Origin: a virus
Lineage: Duplodnaviria; Caudoviricetes
DNA: 26,718 nucleotides
Strand: one strand, 5' to 3'
Virus record (IMG/VR): IMGVR_UViG_3300030376_001348
Span: 1 to 26,718 of that record
This document shows positions 17,301-25,157 of this stretch, in pieces. The position numbers and the translations under genes were made by a program. The notes beneath the pieces are model-generated. The model had not been told where the DNA came from. It made no database searches and saw only the letters and a program-made list of their open reading frames with translations. The stretch's first letter is position 1; every line of letters begins with the position of its first letter.

Positions 17301-20112
17301 AAGGTTTAAATACATTTCTTGTATAGAAATTTGTAAGGTTTGTAAACATATTGTTTTCTAGTCGTTTAACTGATATAACACCAGGTTCAAAAGGATTTAC
17401 AGCATTCTTTGAATCTTTAGACCAAGGAGCATGATACTTTGTCCATTGAGTCATATCATGTCTAAAACTTGATTTAACAAAATTACCTTCGCCAACTTTT
17501 TCGTAAGGTTTAAACATTTTACCCATAGCTTTGTTAAGCAACCTATAATCAAGTAACGGTGCAATGTTATCTTGCATTTCATCAAACAATGAAGCTGTCA
17601 TAGTAGTAACAAGTTCACCTTTATTGTTAACTGCGTTACCTAACTCATCTATTTCATAACCTTTGTAATTAGAACCTATGTTAGGAAGTATTTTATTATT
17701 TTTACCAGTAGCATATATTTTCATTTTATCTTGTCCAGAAAACATTTCTTGTGCAGCTTCTGCGACATATGTCCAGTTACCACCTCTAGCTTTAACAAGT
17801 TCTACGTCACGACTTGATTGTTCACTAGCAAATTTCCTAATAGCTGTTTTATCACCTGGGTCTATATCTAAAAAGTTATTTAATATTTTAGATGCTTCAC
17901 CTGGGTCATAACCATTAACTTGCAAATGTGAACCAAGTTGTCTATAACCTACTTCAATATTATTAAGTGGTATACCCATTTCAGGAATAACACCTAATGT
18001 TTTTCTAAACCAAGGATTGTAGCTAGCATTAAAGTTAGAACTAAAACCTAAGTATCTTTCAAATGCAGGTAACTCTATACCCTCTGCTAGTTGTTCTGTG
18101 TAACTCATAACACCTTGGTCAGCTTTACGTGCAAGATAAGTTTTACCTACACTATCCATAGTGTCTACTACTTCGTCAACTGAGTTTTCTACTCTAAGTA
18201 AACGTGTAGGTTTTGTAGGTATAACTTCTCTAACTTTTCTAGCTTTTTCACCAGCCCAGCTACCAAATGTTCTATATGCAGCATTAGGATTAATACCTGT
18301 TTTTTGCAATACTCTGTTTGTAACTAAAGAACCAGTTTTAGGCATTAACCTACCAGGCAATGTATACGGTACAGCTTCTCCAGCTTTATTAGTAATTTGG
18401 AATCCAGACTTACCAATCATCTGACTATACAAATCTTGTATTTTTAACCAGTCATCTTCTTGTGTAATAGCTTTTTGTATTTGTCCAGGTAAGTTTCTAG
18501 TTATAGGATTTGTTTGTATATAAGCTAATTGGTCTGGTCCTGTATCAGCAAGTGTTTTAAAAAATGCTACATTAGTAGGTTGATTAAGTATTTCATCCTG
18601 TGTTGTTTGAAAAAACCTAGGCACTCTACCAAATAGTGTATTTTCTTTTTTAAGTTTCTTTAAAGCTTTTCTAGTAGATGTAAAATCTTTGCGGTATTCT
18701 TTATCTTTAATAAATCTACCATTATTGTCTAGATATTTATTAATATCTCCTTTACCTGTTTGTCCATCTATTTCATCACCAACAGTACGAAGTATCTCAT
18801 CAGCTTGCGCTCTAGGAGATATCTTAACTGTTTTACCTGACTTAACTAGCTTACCATTGTCAAACAAGTCAAATGCTTTGTTTACACCACGTAAACCTTT
18901 ATTTAAATTCTTTACGCCTCTGATACCTTTACCTGCTAATATTTCAGGACCTATTTGATAAAAAGCATCAAGACCACCAGACAACAAATCGAACGCTCTA
19001 GAGCCTGGCTCATAAAATTCTGATGCAGTTATTTTACCTGGTGAGTATTCAAGTAATATATCTTTGTTTGCCCATTCAGGTCTATAAAAATCTTGTTCAT
19101 CTTGTCCAGCCCAGAAATACTTTTGCTTACGTCTACCTGCATAAAAGTTAACTTTGTTAGGGTTATATGCAGATGTATAATGTATTTCACCATTTTCATC
19201 ATATTCTTTTAATGGCTCACCAATATTTTCATATATAAAAGCTCTAGCACTTTCTGGTGTCATACCATAGTTTTCTGTTAAATCTTTGTAATAAGGTGTA
19301 TTTTCTGCTTTAACAGATTCCATAGATATTTTTGTAGCTCTATCAAAGTTAAGTGGTTTACCTTGTACTACATTTCTCCACATGTTAGCTAATATTGGTT
19401 CGCCACCCATATTGTGAGCTTCTTGTAACATATCTATGTGTTTCTTTATATTATCTATACCCTCACCTTCTTTACCTAAATTCTCTACAGAAGTTTGACT
19501 TAGGTCAATTTGCAACATACTTTGTGCTTTTTGTGGTGTATAACCTTTTTTAAGTAGGTTATCGTATTGTTTTAAATCTCTTAGGTATGCTTGTGACCTA
19601 CCTACTACCATAGGTTGTCCTGGTGTTACAGCATTAACTACAGAAGATAATACTGACCATTTACCAGAAGGACCTACAGTTTGAAATAATGCATCTAAAG
19701 CAGCAAATGCCCATACACCGTATTGGACATCACCTGGTTTAGCTCCACCTGGCATTAAACCACCTGTTAACAAATCACCAATAGACATCTTCATATTGTT
19801 TTCAGTATGCTCATATCGGTATTTTTGTTGTAACTCGTTCCATAATCCTGCTGTAGCTACAACTTTATTGTTAGTAATATCTTGTGCAATTTCTTTTACA
19901 GCTGCATAATCTGGTGGAACACCAGCAATAGCTAGTCCTGCAGATACGTCAGCAGGTAATTCTGGAAATCTTTCTGCATAAACTTCCATATCTTTAATTA
20001 TTTGATTGTTGTCTGTTAAAGCTGATTTGTATTGACCTGATTGTAATGAATCTTGATTTGCACCACGCAGTATATCGTAATATTCATTACGGTCATATAG
20101 AATGAAACCCAT
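14356..20112 (-). CDS. Large internal virion/DNA-ejection protein (1918 aa; large polyvalent protein/T7 gp16-like role)
   Basis: Size; no Cys; FKPLVLMRAAFFTR and IFPFAEVWFE segments resemble conserved parts of large podoviral ejection proteins (LPD38-like, from recollection). Confidence 0.65.
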   Translation of the reverse strand: MGFILYDRNEYYDILRGANQDSLQSGQYKSALTDNNQIIKDMEVYAERFPELPADVSAGLAIAGVPPDYAAVKEIAQDITNNKVVATAGLWNELQQKYRYEHTENNMKMSIGDLLTGGLMPGGAKPGDVQYGVWAFAALDALFQTVGPSGKWSVLSSVVNAVTPGQPMVVGRSQAYLRDLKQYDNLLKKGYTPQKAQSMLQIDLSQTSVENLGKEGEGIDNIKKHIDMLQEAHNMGGEPILANMWRNVVQGKPLNFDRATKISMESVKAENTPYYKDLTENYGMTPESARAFIYENIGEPLKEYDENGEIHYTSAYNPNKVNFYAGRRKQKYFWAGQDEQDFYRPEWANKDILLEYSPGKITASEFYEPGSRAFDLLSGGLDAFYQIGPEILAGKGIRGVKNLNKGLRGVNKAFDLFDNGKLVKSGKTVKISPRAQADEILRTVGDEIDGQTGKGDINKYLDNNGRFIKDKEYRKDFTSTRKALKKLKKENTLFGRVPRFFQTTQDEILNQPTNVAFFKTLADTGPDQLAYIQTNPITRNLPGQIQKAITQEDDWLKIQDLYSQMIGKSGFQITNKAGEAVPYTLPGRLMPKTGSLVTNRVLQKTGINPNAAYRTFGSWAGEKARKVREVIPTKPTRLLRVENSVDEVVDTMDSVGKTYLARKADQGVMSYTEQLAEGIELPAFERYLGFSSNFNASYNPWFRKTLGVIPEMGIPLNNIEVGYRQLGSHLQVNGYDPGEASKILNNFLDIDPGDKTAIRKFASEQSSRDVELVKARGGNWTYVAEAAQEMFSGQDKMKIYATGKNNKILPNIGSNYKGYEIDELGNAVNNKGELVTTMTASLFDEMQDNIAPLLDYRLLNKAMGKMFKPYEKVGEGNFVKSSFRHDMTQWTKYHAPWSKDSKNAVNPFEPGVISVKRLENNMFTNLTNFYTRNVFKPLVLMRAAFFTRVFMEEQARMAVKGLSGIYNKPISYLQWLAAHNPNSKVGKILESMPLSKYKGATYNEDAIDFLMQEEVIEAMQKTFKPTDIGPAGKRNNKYLEYLGKQKSEMTVNEIGESIYSELRHLRNDPLSQKVAQYGYGSEELNKWILSPAGREARLMLVSKGGNKWSEILKDGSEAVDQHLQFLESRIRISSGGEIINGKDIVKQLDGSYKYQIRPNTNTGNASIRKMIAEGKLNKFGTDGTGKKETIEFFSNEANLMKEFKKKKVVDELKKYYNKEDGIDPGTMTVVRNTIDETTDKGFLGQFEDAMEIFYQKVFDNLMSKPIGTLNRSTTFKQFRWMFIGERFEDFSTGLRNKFIKEAVDSGVPQSVIQELRGFSKIYKPGKIDDYQAMNIESKAYGLAGVKELLYDTKQKHTISDKLVNIFPFAEVWFEVFQTWGKLFAQNPYVLRKGYVGTRGATSADALGPSSGDGFFVPNPQDPQEDMFVYPFGGFMSNLILDDELSDGEQGLQISPRGYVQGINLLGQGFVPGPNPFVAFGIDKVLPSIETASTKMGAKYGWANDLEKMLFGDFPPPEKATDIVSISPVYKKLSAWLFTGSDDFDVITDASSEAERMRAKATIDLYRWGVSAGEPERLYNAGKLDTYIQKLQPGLALGDVNQGQIEKAYLEYAKEKSGTLFGFQFLYQFFGPTGFQPEYFIDDEQGNQWGQAVLYEEYTRIREENQGNDIATYNEFFELYGVEHPYLLSPRTQAETGKQPYSVRVQNFQKENSEIFDSLELSGYYLNIDNPFEEKNYNDIVREKSLLSPDQYRRSVNDTIGFFRYKTFTKNLDKTGLDSNTKTIVKRLYREELKLALPGFQADEYGLLSPPAIKDIFNEMKTQWLVNPAIMELDAAKGFAQAMIHWKEAEELSALYSATQNPDWWLTSEDVKAKGLRIWMYNKANQAMQDYPDFYPVWTGVMLKLYRDDQEYLDYLPER

Positions 20113-20504
20113 TAACCCTGCCTATTATTAATTATTTCTAATATAACAGGTGATGGATTAACTTCGTATATAGCTTGTAAAATTGTATCTGTGTTGTCTT
20201 GTATCTTCATTGGACCAGCTCCTGCTCCTATTGGTACACCTTGAGTACCTGGTTCACCAGGTCGTTCAGTTGGTGCAAAAATATTAGGTGCAACTACAGG
20301 TTGATTGGCTACAGGTAATGGAGCAATCTGTTGTTGTTGAGTTAAGTCTTTTTGTTCTCCATAACCAACACCAGGCATTCTTCTTAATGGTTGTGTTTTA
20401 CTACCTGCACCACCATCTGTTCTATTTCTATCTGGTGTAGCTACTGGAGCTGGGTCTGATGGTTGTCTATAACCACCTCTACCGCTAGTTCGAGTCTTTG
20501 CCAT
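20112..20504 (-). CDS. Pro/Gly/Gln-rich hypothetical virion protein (130 aa)
   Basis: RGGYRQPSDPAPV...RTDGG; lies downstream of the portal; stop overlaps the next ATG. Confidence 0.7.
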   Translation of the reverse strand: MAKTRTSGRGGYRQPSDPAPVATPDRNRTDGGAGSKTQPLRRMPGVGYGEQKDLTQQQQIAPLPVANQPVVAPNIFAPTERPGEPGTQGVPIGAGAGPMKIQDNTDTILQAIYEVNPSPVILEIINNRQG

Positions 20505-20652
20505 TATGAAAATCCTTAGTTATTAATATAATTATACCTGTACTAGGTGTAATAATTTCTGTTATGTTTTCAGATAATATATCCATTTCGTCCATAACAC
20601 CATATTCGTTATAAACCATATCCCAAAACTCTGCTTCTACAAATTCTTCCAT
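20485..20652 (-). CDS. 55-aa acidic hypothetical protein
   Basis: Start reassigned to ATG 20652 (MEEFVEAEFW...), 1 nt after the portal stop; the longer 20691 start overlaps the portal. Confidence 0.5.
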   Translation of the reverse strand: MEEFVEAEFWDMVYNEYGVMDEMDILSENITEIITPSTGIIILITKDFHNGKDSN

Positions 20653-20653
20653 A

Positions 20654-22441
20654 TTACATTCCAAATGCTTGTGCCATTGTTGGCGGTCCACCTTGTCCTC
20701 CCATCGCTTGTGCCATCTGTTGTTGTATTAAAGCTTCTTGTTCAGGTGTCATCTGTGGTTCTTCAGGAGTATAAAACTGTTTCATAATTTCAGTAACTTC
20801 GTTTGGATACTCATAGATAGCAATAGCAGCCATTGTTGCTGCAGGGTCGCCTTGTGATGACCTAGCTAATATAGAATCAAACAAAACACCCTCTGCTTTA
20901 TTTTTTCTAATACGTTCTTGTACCTTAGCTATATTTTCTAAACCATCAATGTTATCTTGTAGTGTTTCTACGTCTATAACACCTGCTTGTAGCAATTGCA
21001 AACCAGTTACAATTTTCTGCGGCTCATCAAATCCAGCCATAACACCATAGATACGTCTGGTATTGTAATCACCAGCAATATCAGCTAGTGGTTTATAGTT
21101 TTCACTAAATGCAGAACCTTTAAGAAAACCTGCCATAGGTTTTTTTGCAATCCCTTGTGAGTAAGATAAGACTACATCAAGCTCTAATCTCTTAGAGTCC
21201 ATGTCTTCTAATGCTTGTTTAACTATTTCTCTATATTCATTAATCATTAATGACATAGTTGAGTTCAATTCTGACAATCCTGCACCAGTAACAAAAGAGT
21301 TAGGTGACTGTGAATCATCAGTAACTGGGTAACCACCAACCATACGTAACTGTCTTTCCAATCTATCTACTTGTTGGAATAACTGATACGGCATGTTATT
21401 CATTGGTTTAGAAACTTGCGTACCTGGAGCTAGATAATTTACTGCAAATCTACCTTTTCTGTATTGTCCAGATTCTATCTCTCCTGATATGTTAGTTTCT
21501 GTAAATACTGCATCTTCCATGGCTATTGAAGACATAATATTAATTTTTGCCATCATAGACATTAAACCAATTACATGGTCATATTGTCCTTTTAGATGGT
21601 CAAAAGATATACGTTTCATAAACACAAACGGTGGTGTAGATAATACGTTTGGTATAAAGTCAAGAATCATATTACGTTCTGGGAATACTACATAAGTACC
21701 ACCCATGTCATAATATTCAATAATTCTTACACCAGAGTATGTGTTATCTTCCCAACCTTGTTCTCTGTTATTTTCATAAGACATAAACGGTGTAGCTGTT
21801 TCTGAGTAGTTGTTATCAGCTGTTTCATCTTCATCTACTTTTAATATTTCGTCAGCAAACTCTGGATAGATTTGTGCAAGTTTATACCTAGGTACACGTC
21901 TTACTACAGCCATTTCTCTTGGTTGTTGGTCAGGTCCAAAGTTTCCTGGGAATGTATCGTATGGGTCTCTTAGTTCTGCTGATGGATATATAAATCCATT
22001 AGTATCTCTTTTAGTTGTTATAACCCATGCACAAAAACCATATCCAGGTAACCACCTAGATGCTTGTGCTAATTGTAAATTAAGATTTTGTTTGTCATCA
22101 TAGTTAGTAACAATACGTTCTAGTTTGTCAGCACGCATTTTACTTCTAGTAGAGTCATTGTCGTTAGGTACATCTACTCGTACTTGAGGTATACCTGAAA
22201 TCTTTTGTGCAAGTCTGTCAATACCAGACTGCAACATGTTAGGAGCTGGTAATAAATCAGCATCAGAGGTTTCCATTGTATTACCCAATAATGCTTTAAT
22301 GCCATCTGCACCACCATTAAGAATAGCTTTTATTCTAGCTTTAGAAATTTGTCTTTCTTGTACTAGCTTTCCAGAAGTTAACTCGGAAGCATTTCTAACA
22401 ATCTCTTTATAAGATTTAATGTCTAAGTTTTCTATCCCCAT
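20654..22441 (-). CDS. Portal (head-to-tail connector) protein
   Basis: 595 aa directly after the terminase; helical; Q/M/G-rich C-terminal tail. Confidence 0.85.
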   Translation of the reverse strand: MGIENLDIKSYKEIVRNASELTSGKLVQERQISKARIKAILNGGADGIKALLGNTMETSDADLLPAPNMLQSGIDRLAQKISGIPQVRVDVPNDNDSTRSKMRADKLERIVTNYDDKQNLNLQLAQASRWLPGYGFCAWVITTKRDTNGFIYPSAELRDPYDTFPGNFGPDQQPREMAVVRRVPRYKLAQIYPEFADEILKVDEDETADNNYSETATPFMSYENNREQGWEDNTYSGVRIIEYYDMGGTYVVFPERNMILDFIPNVLSTPPFVFMKRISFDHLKGQYDHVIGLMSMMAKINIMSSIAMEDAVFTETNISGEIESGQYRKGRFAVNYLAPGTQVSKPMNNMPYQLFQQVDRLERQLRMVGGYPVTDDSQSPNSFVTGAGLSELNSTMSLMINEYREIVKQALEDMDSKRLELDVVLSYSQGIAKKPMAGFLKGSAFSENYKPLADIAGDYNTRRIYGVMAGFDEPQKIVTGLQLLQAGVIDVETLQDNIDGLENIAKVQERIRKNKAEGVLFDSILARSSQGDPAATMAAIAIYEYPNEVTEIMKQFYTPEEPQMTPEQEALIQQQMAQAMGGQGGPPTMAQAFGM

Positions 22442-24345
22442 GGTGCGTCATTCATATCTGTCATCTTGTATTCTCCATAACTAGGGTTGTAATCCAATCC
22501 TATATCAGCAGCATGCTCTTTTTGCATACGCCTAAAAACCTTCATCGGAAACCAACTAGCCATAACTATATCAGTTTTTTCCTTGTTTCGCTTAGAAACA
22601 GGTTTTCCATCAAAGTATAACAGTTGTTGTCGATATTTCTGTACCTTTGCATTAGATTCTCCATCACCAGTAGGTAGATGTATTTTTCTATTTTCAAACA
22701 AATCTGCCATAGCTCCTACACCATATAGTGGGTCATGTTTGTTTTTACCTGTTAGGTGTCCTTGTATTGTAATACCACTACGTAGTGTAAATTCTTTAAT
22801 ACCTGCATCTTGTCGTATTGCAGATTGGAAACCGTTTTCTTCTACTATCCAATGTCTACAATCATATCTATGTAACCAATCAGCCATTTGGTCTAAAGCA
22901 GCTCTCACTCCCCCACCACGTCTATTCTCTAAATCTATAAGGTATAACTCAGCTCTGTATTGGTCTATTCCCCATAATACAGATGCTTGGTATCCAGATG
23001 ATGCAGGGTCGAGTCCAGCAACTAAATATAAATTATTATATTTTTGTCCCATAACCATATCTGCACGCATACATTGGTCAATAATGTTCATAGTAAATAT
23101 CTGTGTACCCTCTACATAAGCTTGGTTATAGTACACCATCTCGAATGTCTGTCTACCACCTGTAGATTCAGCAGAATGTAACCTGGACATTAACCATTTA
23201 AAAGAACGTTTTTTAGCCCATAACATACATTCAATATGTTCTTCTTCATTATGTTCTGGTATTTGACAATCCATAGCATGTGCTGTTTCTACTATTGTTG
23301 TAAAGTTATCTGACTCTAAAAGGTGATTATATAAATCATCAGGGTGCTGTCTAGACCCAATAACAATTACAGCTGTGTGTTCCTCTTTACGACTTGATAG
23401 GGTAGTAGTCCACCATTGTCTAGTACTTTCTCTTGCACCAGGTTGCATAGTAGTTTGGTGGTCTTCAATGTCATCAGCAATAATTATGTCACAGTCACGT
23501 GATAGAATCTTTCCACCCTTACCTACAGCAACCATTGTCGGTGACTTAATACCTGCAACAGTTCGTGTACCTACAGTAAACTGATTCTGTGACCAGTTCT
23601 TACCAGAGCGGTTATCTGGTTTAAAAGATGTACCTGGCATACAATATGCCTCTCTTAGCTCTTCGTTCGTGTCAAGCACGTCTAGGACGGCGCTAAGGGC
23701 ATTTTTAGCTATATCTTCGTTTCCACCTACCCACATGATACGTGTGTTTGGATTCTTGCATATCTGGTACACAGCAAAATGTATTAACAGTTCTGTCTTT
23801 CCATGTCTAGGGGGGCTTAATATTAAGAGTTCTTTACCGTTTTCTATACTATCTATAATGTTATTTATCCAGTTAGTATGAAAAGGCGCGGTGTCATACT
23901 GCTTACCTAGTTCGGTTCGGAAGTATTTTTGTCGGAAGGTAGCAAAATTTTCTAATGCATTCTTTGCATCCTCTGATAACTCCCAATCTTCTGCTGCTAT
24001 AGAGTTTCTACTGTCTATCTTGTAGGCAGCGAGCATGCGACTAACAGTAGCTGAAGTACAACCGAGGAGGGAAGCCGCGTCAGCTACCGTCATGTCGCCT
24101 GTTGCAACTTGGTCAGCTATTCCTTCACTTACGAAAGCTCGGTAATACTGACCTCTTCTAACACTAGCATAGTCACCTTCGTCTGATTTACGTTCTATAT
24201 TAATAGGTTTTATGTCAGCCTTTGTGTTATGTCTTTTGTCTCTAGCAAACTGTCGTTTTTGGCAGGTAGTAGAGTGAAATTTGCGCTGTTTGCCTGTTAA
24301 TTTCTTTCTACAACCCTCTGCTATACAGATTACATTTTGTGACAT
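22432..24345 (-). CDS. terL: Terminase large subunit with an N-terminal Zn-finger and HTH extension
   Basis: Walker A SPPRHGKT, Walker B IIIADD, motif GSRQHPDDL, nuclease motifs GLDPAS and KTDIVMA; AAAGGAAG RBS. Confidence 0.95.
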   Translation of the reverse strand: MSQNVICIAEGCRKKLTGKQRKFHSTTCQKRQFARDKRHNTKADIKPINIERKSDEGDYASVRRGQYYRAFVSEGIADQVATGDMTVADAASLLGCTSATVSRMLAAYKIDSRNSIAAEDWELSEDAKNALENFATFRQKYFRTELGKQYDTAPFHTNWINNIIDSIENGKELLILSPPRHGKTELLIHFAVYQICKNPNTRIMWVGGNEDIAKNALSAVLDVLDTNEELREAYCMPGTSFKPDNRSGKNWSQNQFTVGTRTVAGIKSPTMVAVGKGGKILSRDCDIIIADDIEDHQTTMQPGARESTRQWWTTTLSSRKEEHTAVIVIGSRQHPDDLYNHLLESDNFTTIVETAHAMDCQIPEHNEEEHIECMLWAKKRSFKWLMSRLHSAESTGGRQTFEMVYYNQAYVEGTQIFTMNIIDQCMRADMVMGQKYNNLYLVAGLDPASSGYQASVLWGIDQYRAELYLIDLENRRGGGVRAALDQMADWLHRYDCRHWIVEENGFQSAIRQDAGIKEFTLRSGITIQGHLTGKNKHDPLYGVGAMADLFENRKIHLPTGDGESNAKVQKYRQQLLYFDGKPVSKRNKEKTDIVMASWFPMKVFRRMQKEHAADIGLDYNPSYGEYKMTDMNDAPWG

Positions 24346-24364
24346 TTAACTATCTTCCTTTAGA

Positions 24365-24412
24365 TGTTTGTATAGTGAGAATTATATGGTATAGTCCTGT
24401 TTATTACAAACA
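24365..24412. promoter_or_regulatory. Back-to-back bidirectional promoter flanked by an 8-bp inverted repeat
   Basis: Minus-strand TATAAT (24381-24386) abuts plus-strand TGGTATAGT (24387-24395); TGTTTGTA 24365-72 pairs with TACAAACA 24405-12. Confidence 0.6.
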
Positions 24413-24430
24413 CTTAACACAAGTATTTTG

Positions 24431-24586
24431 TTACAGGTGAAGTTGCAATCGGGATGCGGAAAGCTGCTGACTGGCGAGACAGTACACTAGAAAGACAAAG
24501 GCAGTACCCAAGGACTCAAGAACTTGTTAGGTCAAACATCTACCCCTAATGCCCGCTAACGCCCGTACTTACTGGGGTTTCTGTAA
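24431..24586 (+). ncRNA. Candidate structured non-coding RNA divergent from terL
   Basis: GC-rich island with no credible ORF; closed by UUACAGG/UCUGUAA; internal hairpins with purine-rich loops; possible pseudoknot. Confidence 0.55.
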
Positions 24587-24617
24587 AGAATTACCAGCAT
24601 ATATTTCTAGACATACG

Positions 24618-24623
24618 TATAAT
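24618..24623 (+). promoter_or_regulatory. Possible -10 element TATAAT for the early transcript
   Basis: Perfect hexamer just upstream of the hairpin series; no clear -35. Confidence 0.45.
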
Positions 24624-24701
24624 ATAGAGACAGGTCAGGTTAACATATGGTAGTCAAAGACTATACTATGACCAATAAAAGAATTAACCTACTAAATTTT
24701 C

Positions 24702-24759
24702 TATATACTGTATCTTACCTTCCAGACTTCTGGAAGTCAGGTAAGATACTTAGTATATA
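24702..24759 (+). repeat. Bulged hairpin 1 (TCCA bulge, GACTTC/GAAGTC)
   Basis: tatatact-gtatcttacct-[tcca]-gacttc-tg-gaagtc-aggtaagatac-[tt]-agtatata. Confidence 0.85.
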
Positions 24760-24839
24760 CAGTTAAATAAAACAGTATGTAGTCTATTTAAGTTCCCTTA
24801 CTGCCTAATGATTTCCTATACAATATAATAAACTATGAT

Positions 24840-24874
24840 ACGTTCTCTCCCGACTACAAAGTAGTCGAGAACGT
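24840..24874 (+). repeat. Bulged hairpin 2 (TCCC bulge, GACTAC/GTAGTC)
   Basis: acgttctc-[tccc]-gactac-aaa-gtagtc-gagaacgt. Confidence 0.85.
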
Positions 24875-24895
24875 CTCGAAGAAAGGATAACTATA

Positions 24896-25027
24896 ATGTT
24901 TAACTGTATAAAATGTGATATGAATATGTGGAGTGATGAGATACTTGAGAATAAAACTTGTGAACATCATTTTCCATATATGGATATACAAGAACCTATT
25001 GAGTTAGGTCACTCAGAATTATCTTAA
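24896..25027 (+). CDS. 43-aa Zn-finger-like early protein
   Basis: MFNCIKCDMNMWSDEILENKTCEHHFPYMDIQEPIELGHSELS (CxxC...CxxH); GAAAGGA RBS. Confidence 0.7.
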   Translation: MFNCIKCDMNMWSDEILENKTCEHHFPYMDIQEPIELGHSELS

Positions 25028-25097
25028 TTTATACATATCTTAAAGTCTGTCCTTCCGACTTCTGAGAGTCGGACAGACTTTTGGATATATATATAAA
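25028..25097 (+). repeat. Bulged hairpin 3 (TTCC bulge, GACT/AGTC)
   Basis: aaagtctgtcc-[ttcc]-gact-tctgag-agtc-ggacagacttt (25042-25081) with AT-rich outer pairing. Confidence 0.85.
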
Positions 25098-25157
25098 TAT
25101 ATGTATGTCAGCTATAAATAATCAATTATAAAATAGATTAAGAAAGGAGATTATACT

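Noticed and set aside
14356-20112. 1918-aa protein as a virion RNA polymerase to match the hairpins
   Set aside because: I found no DxDGD motif or recognisable T7/N4-type A/B/C motifs by eye; unsupported unless a structure search shows otherwise.
2016-23881. Numerous + strand ORFs across the structural operon
   Set aside because: All lie antisense to well-supported genes and show the S/L/I-rich composition typical of antisense frames.
24431-24586. HDV-like ribozyme (GCUAA), RNase P or tRNA identity for the GC-rich RNA
   Set aside because: No P3/L3 UCC-P1.1 arrangement, no RNase P P4 consensus and no cloverleaf; the similarities are superficial.
24702-25097. Hairpins as a CRISPR mini-array
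   Set aside because: The repeats share only a short core, spacing is irregular and one gap contains a gene.
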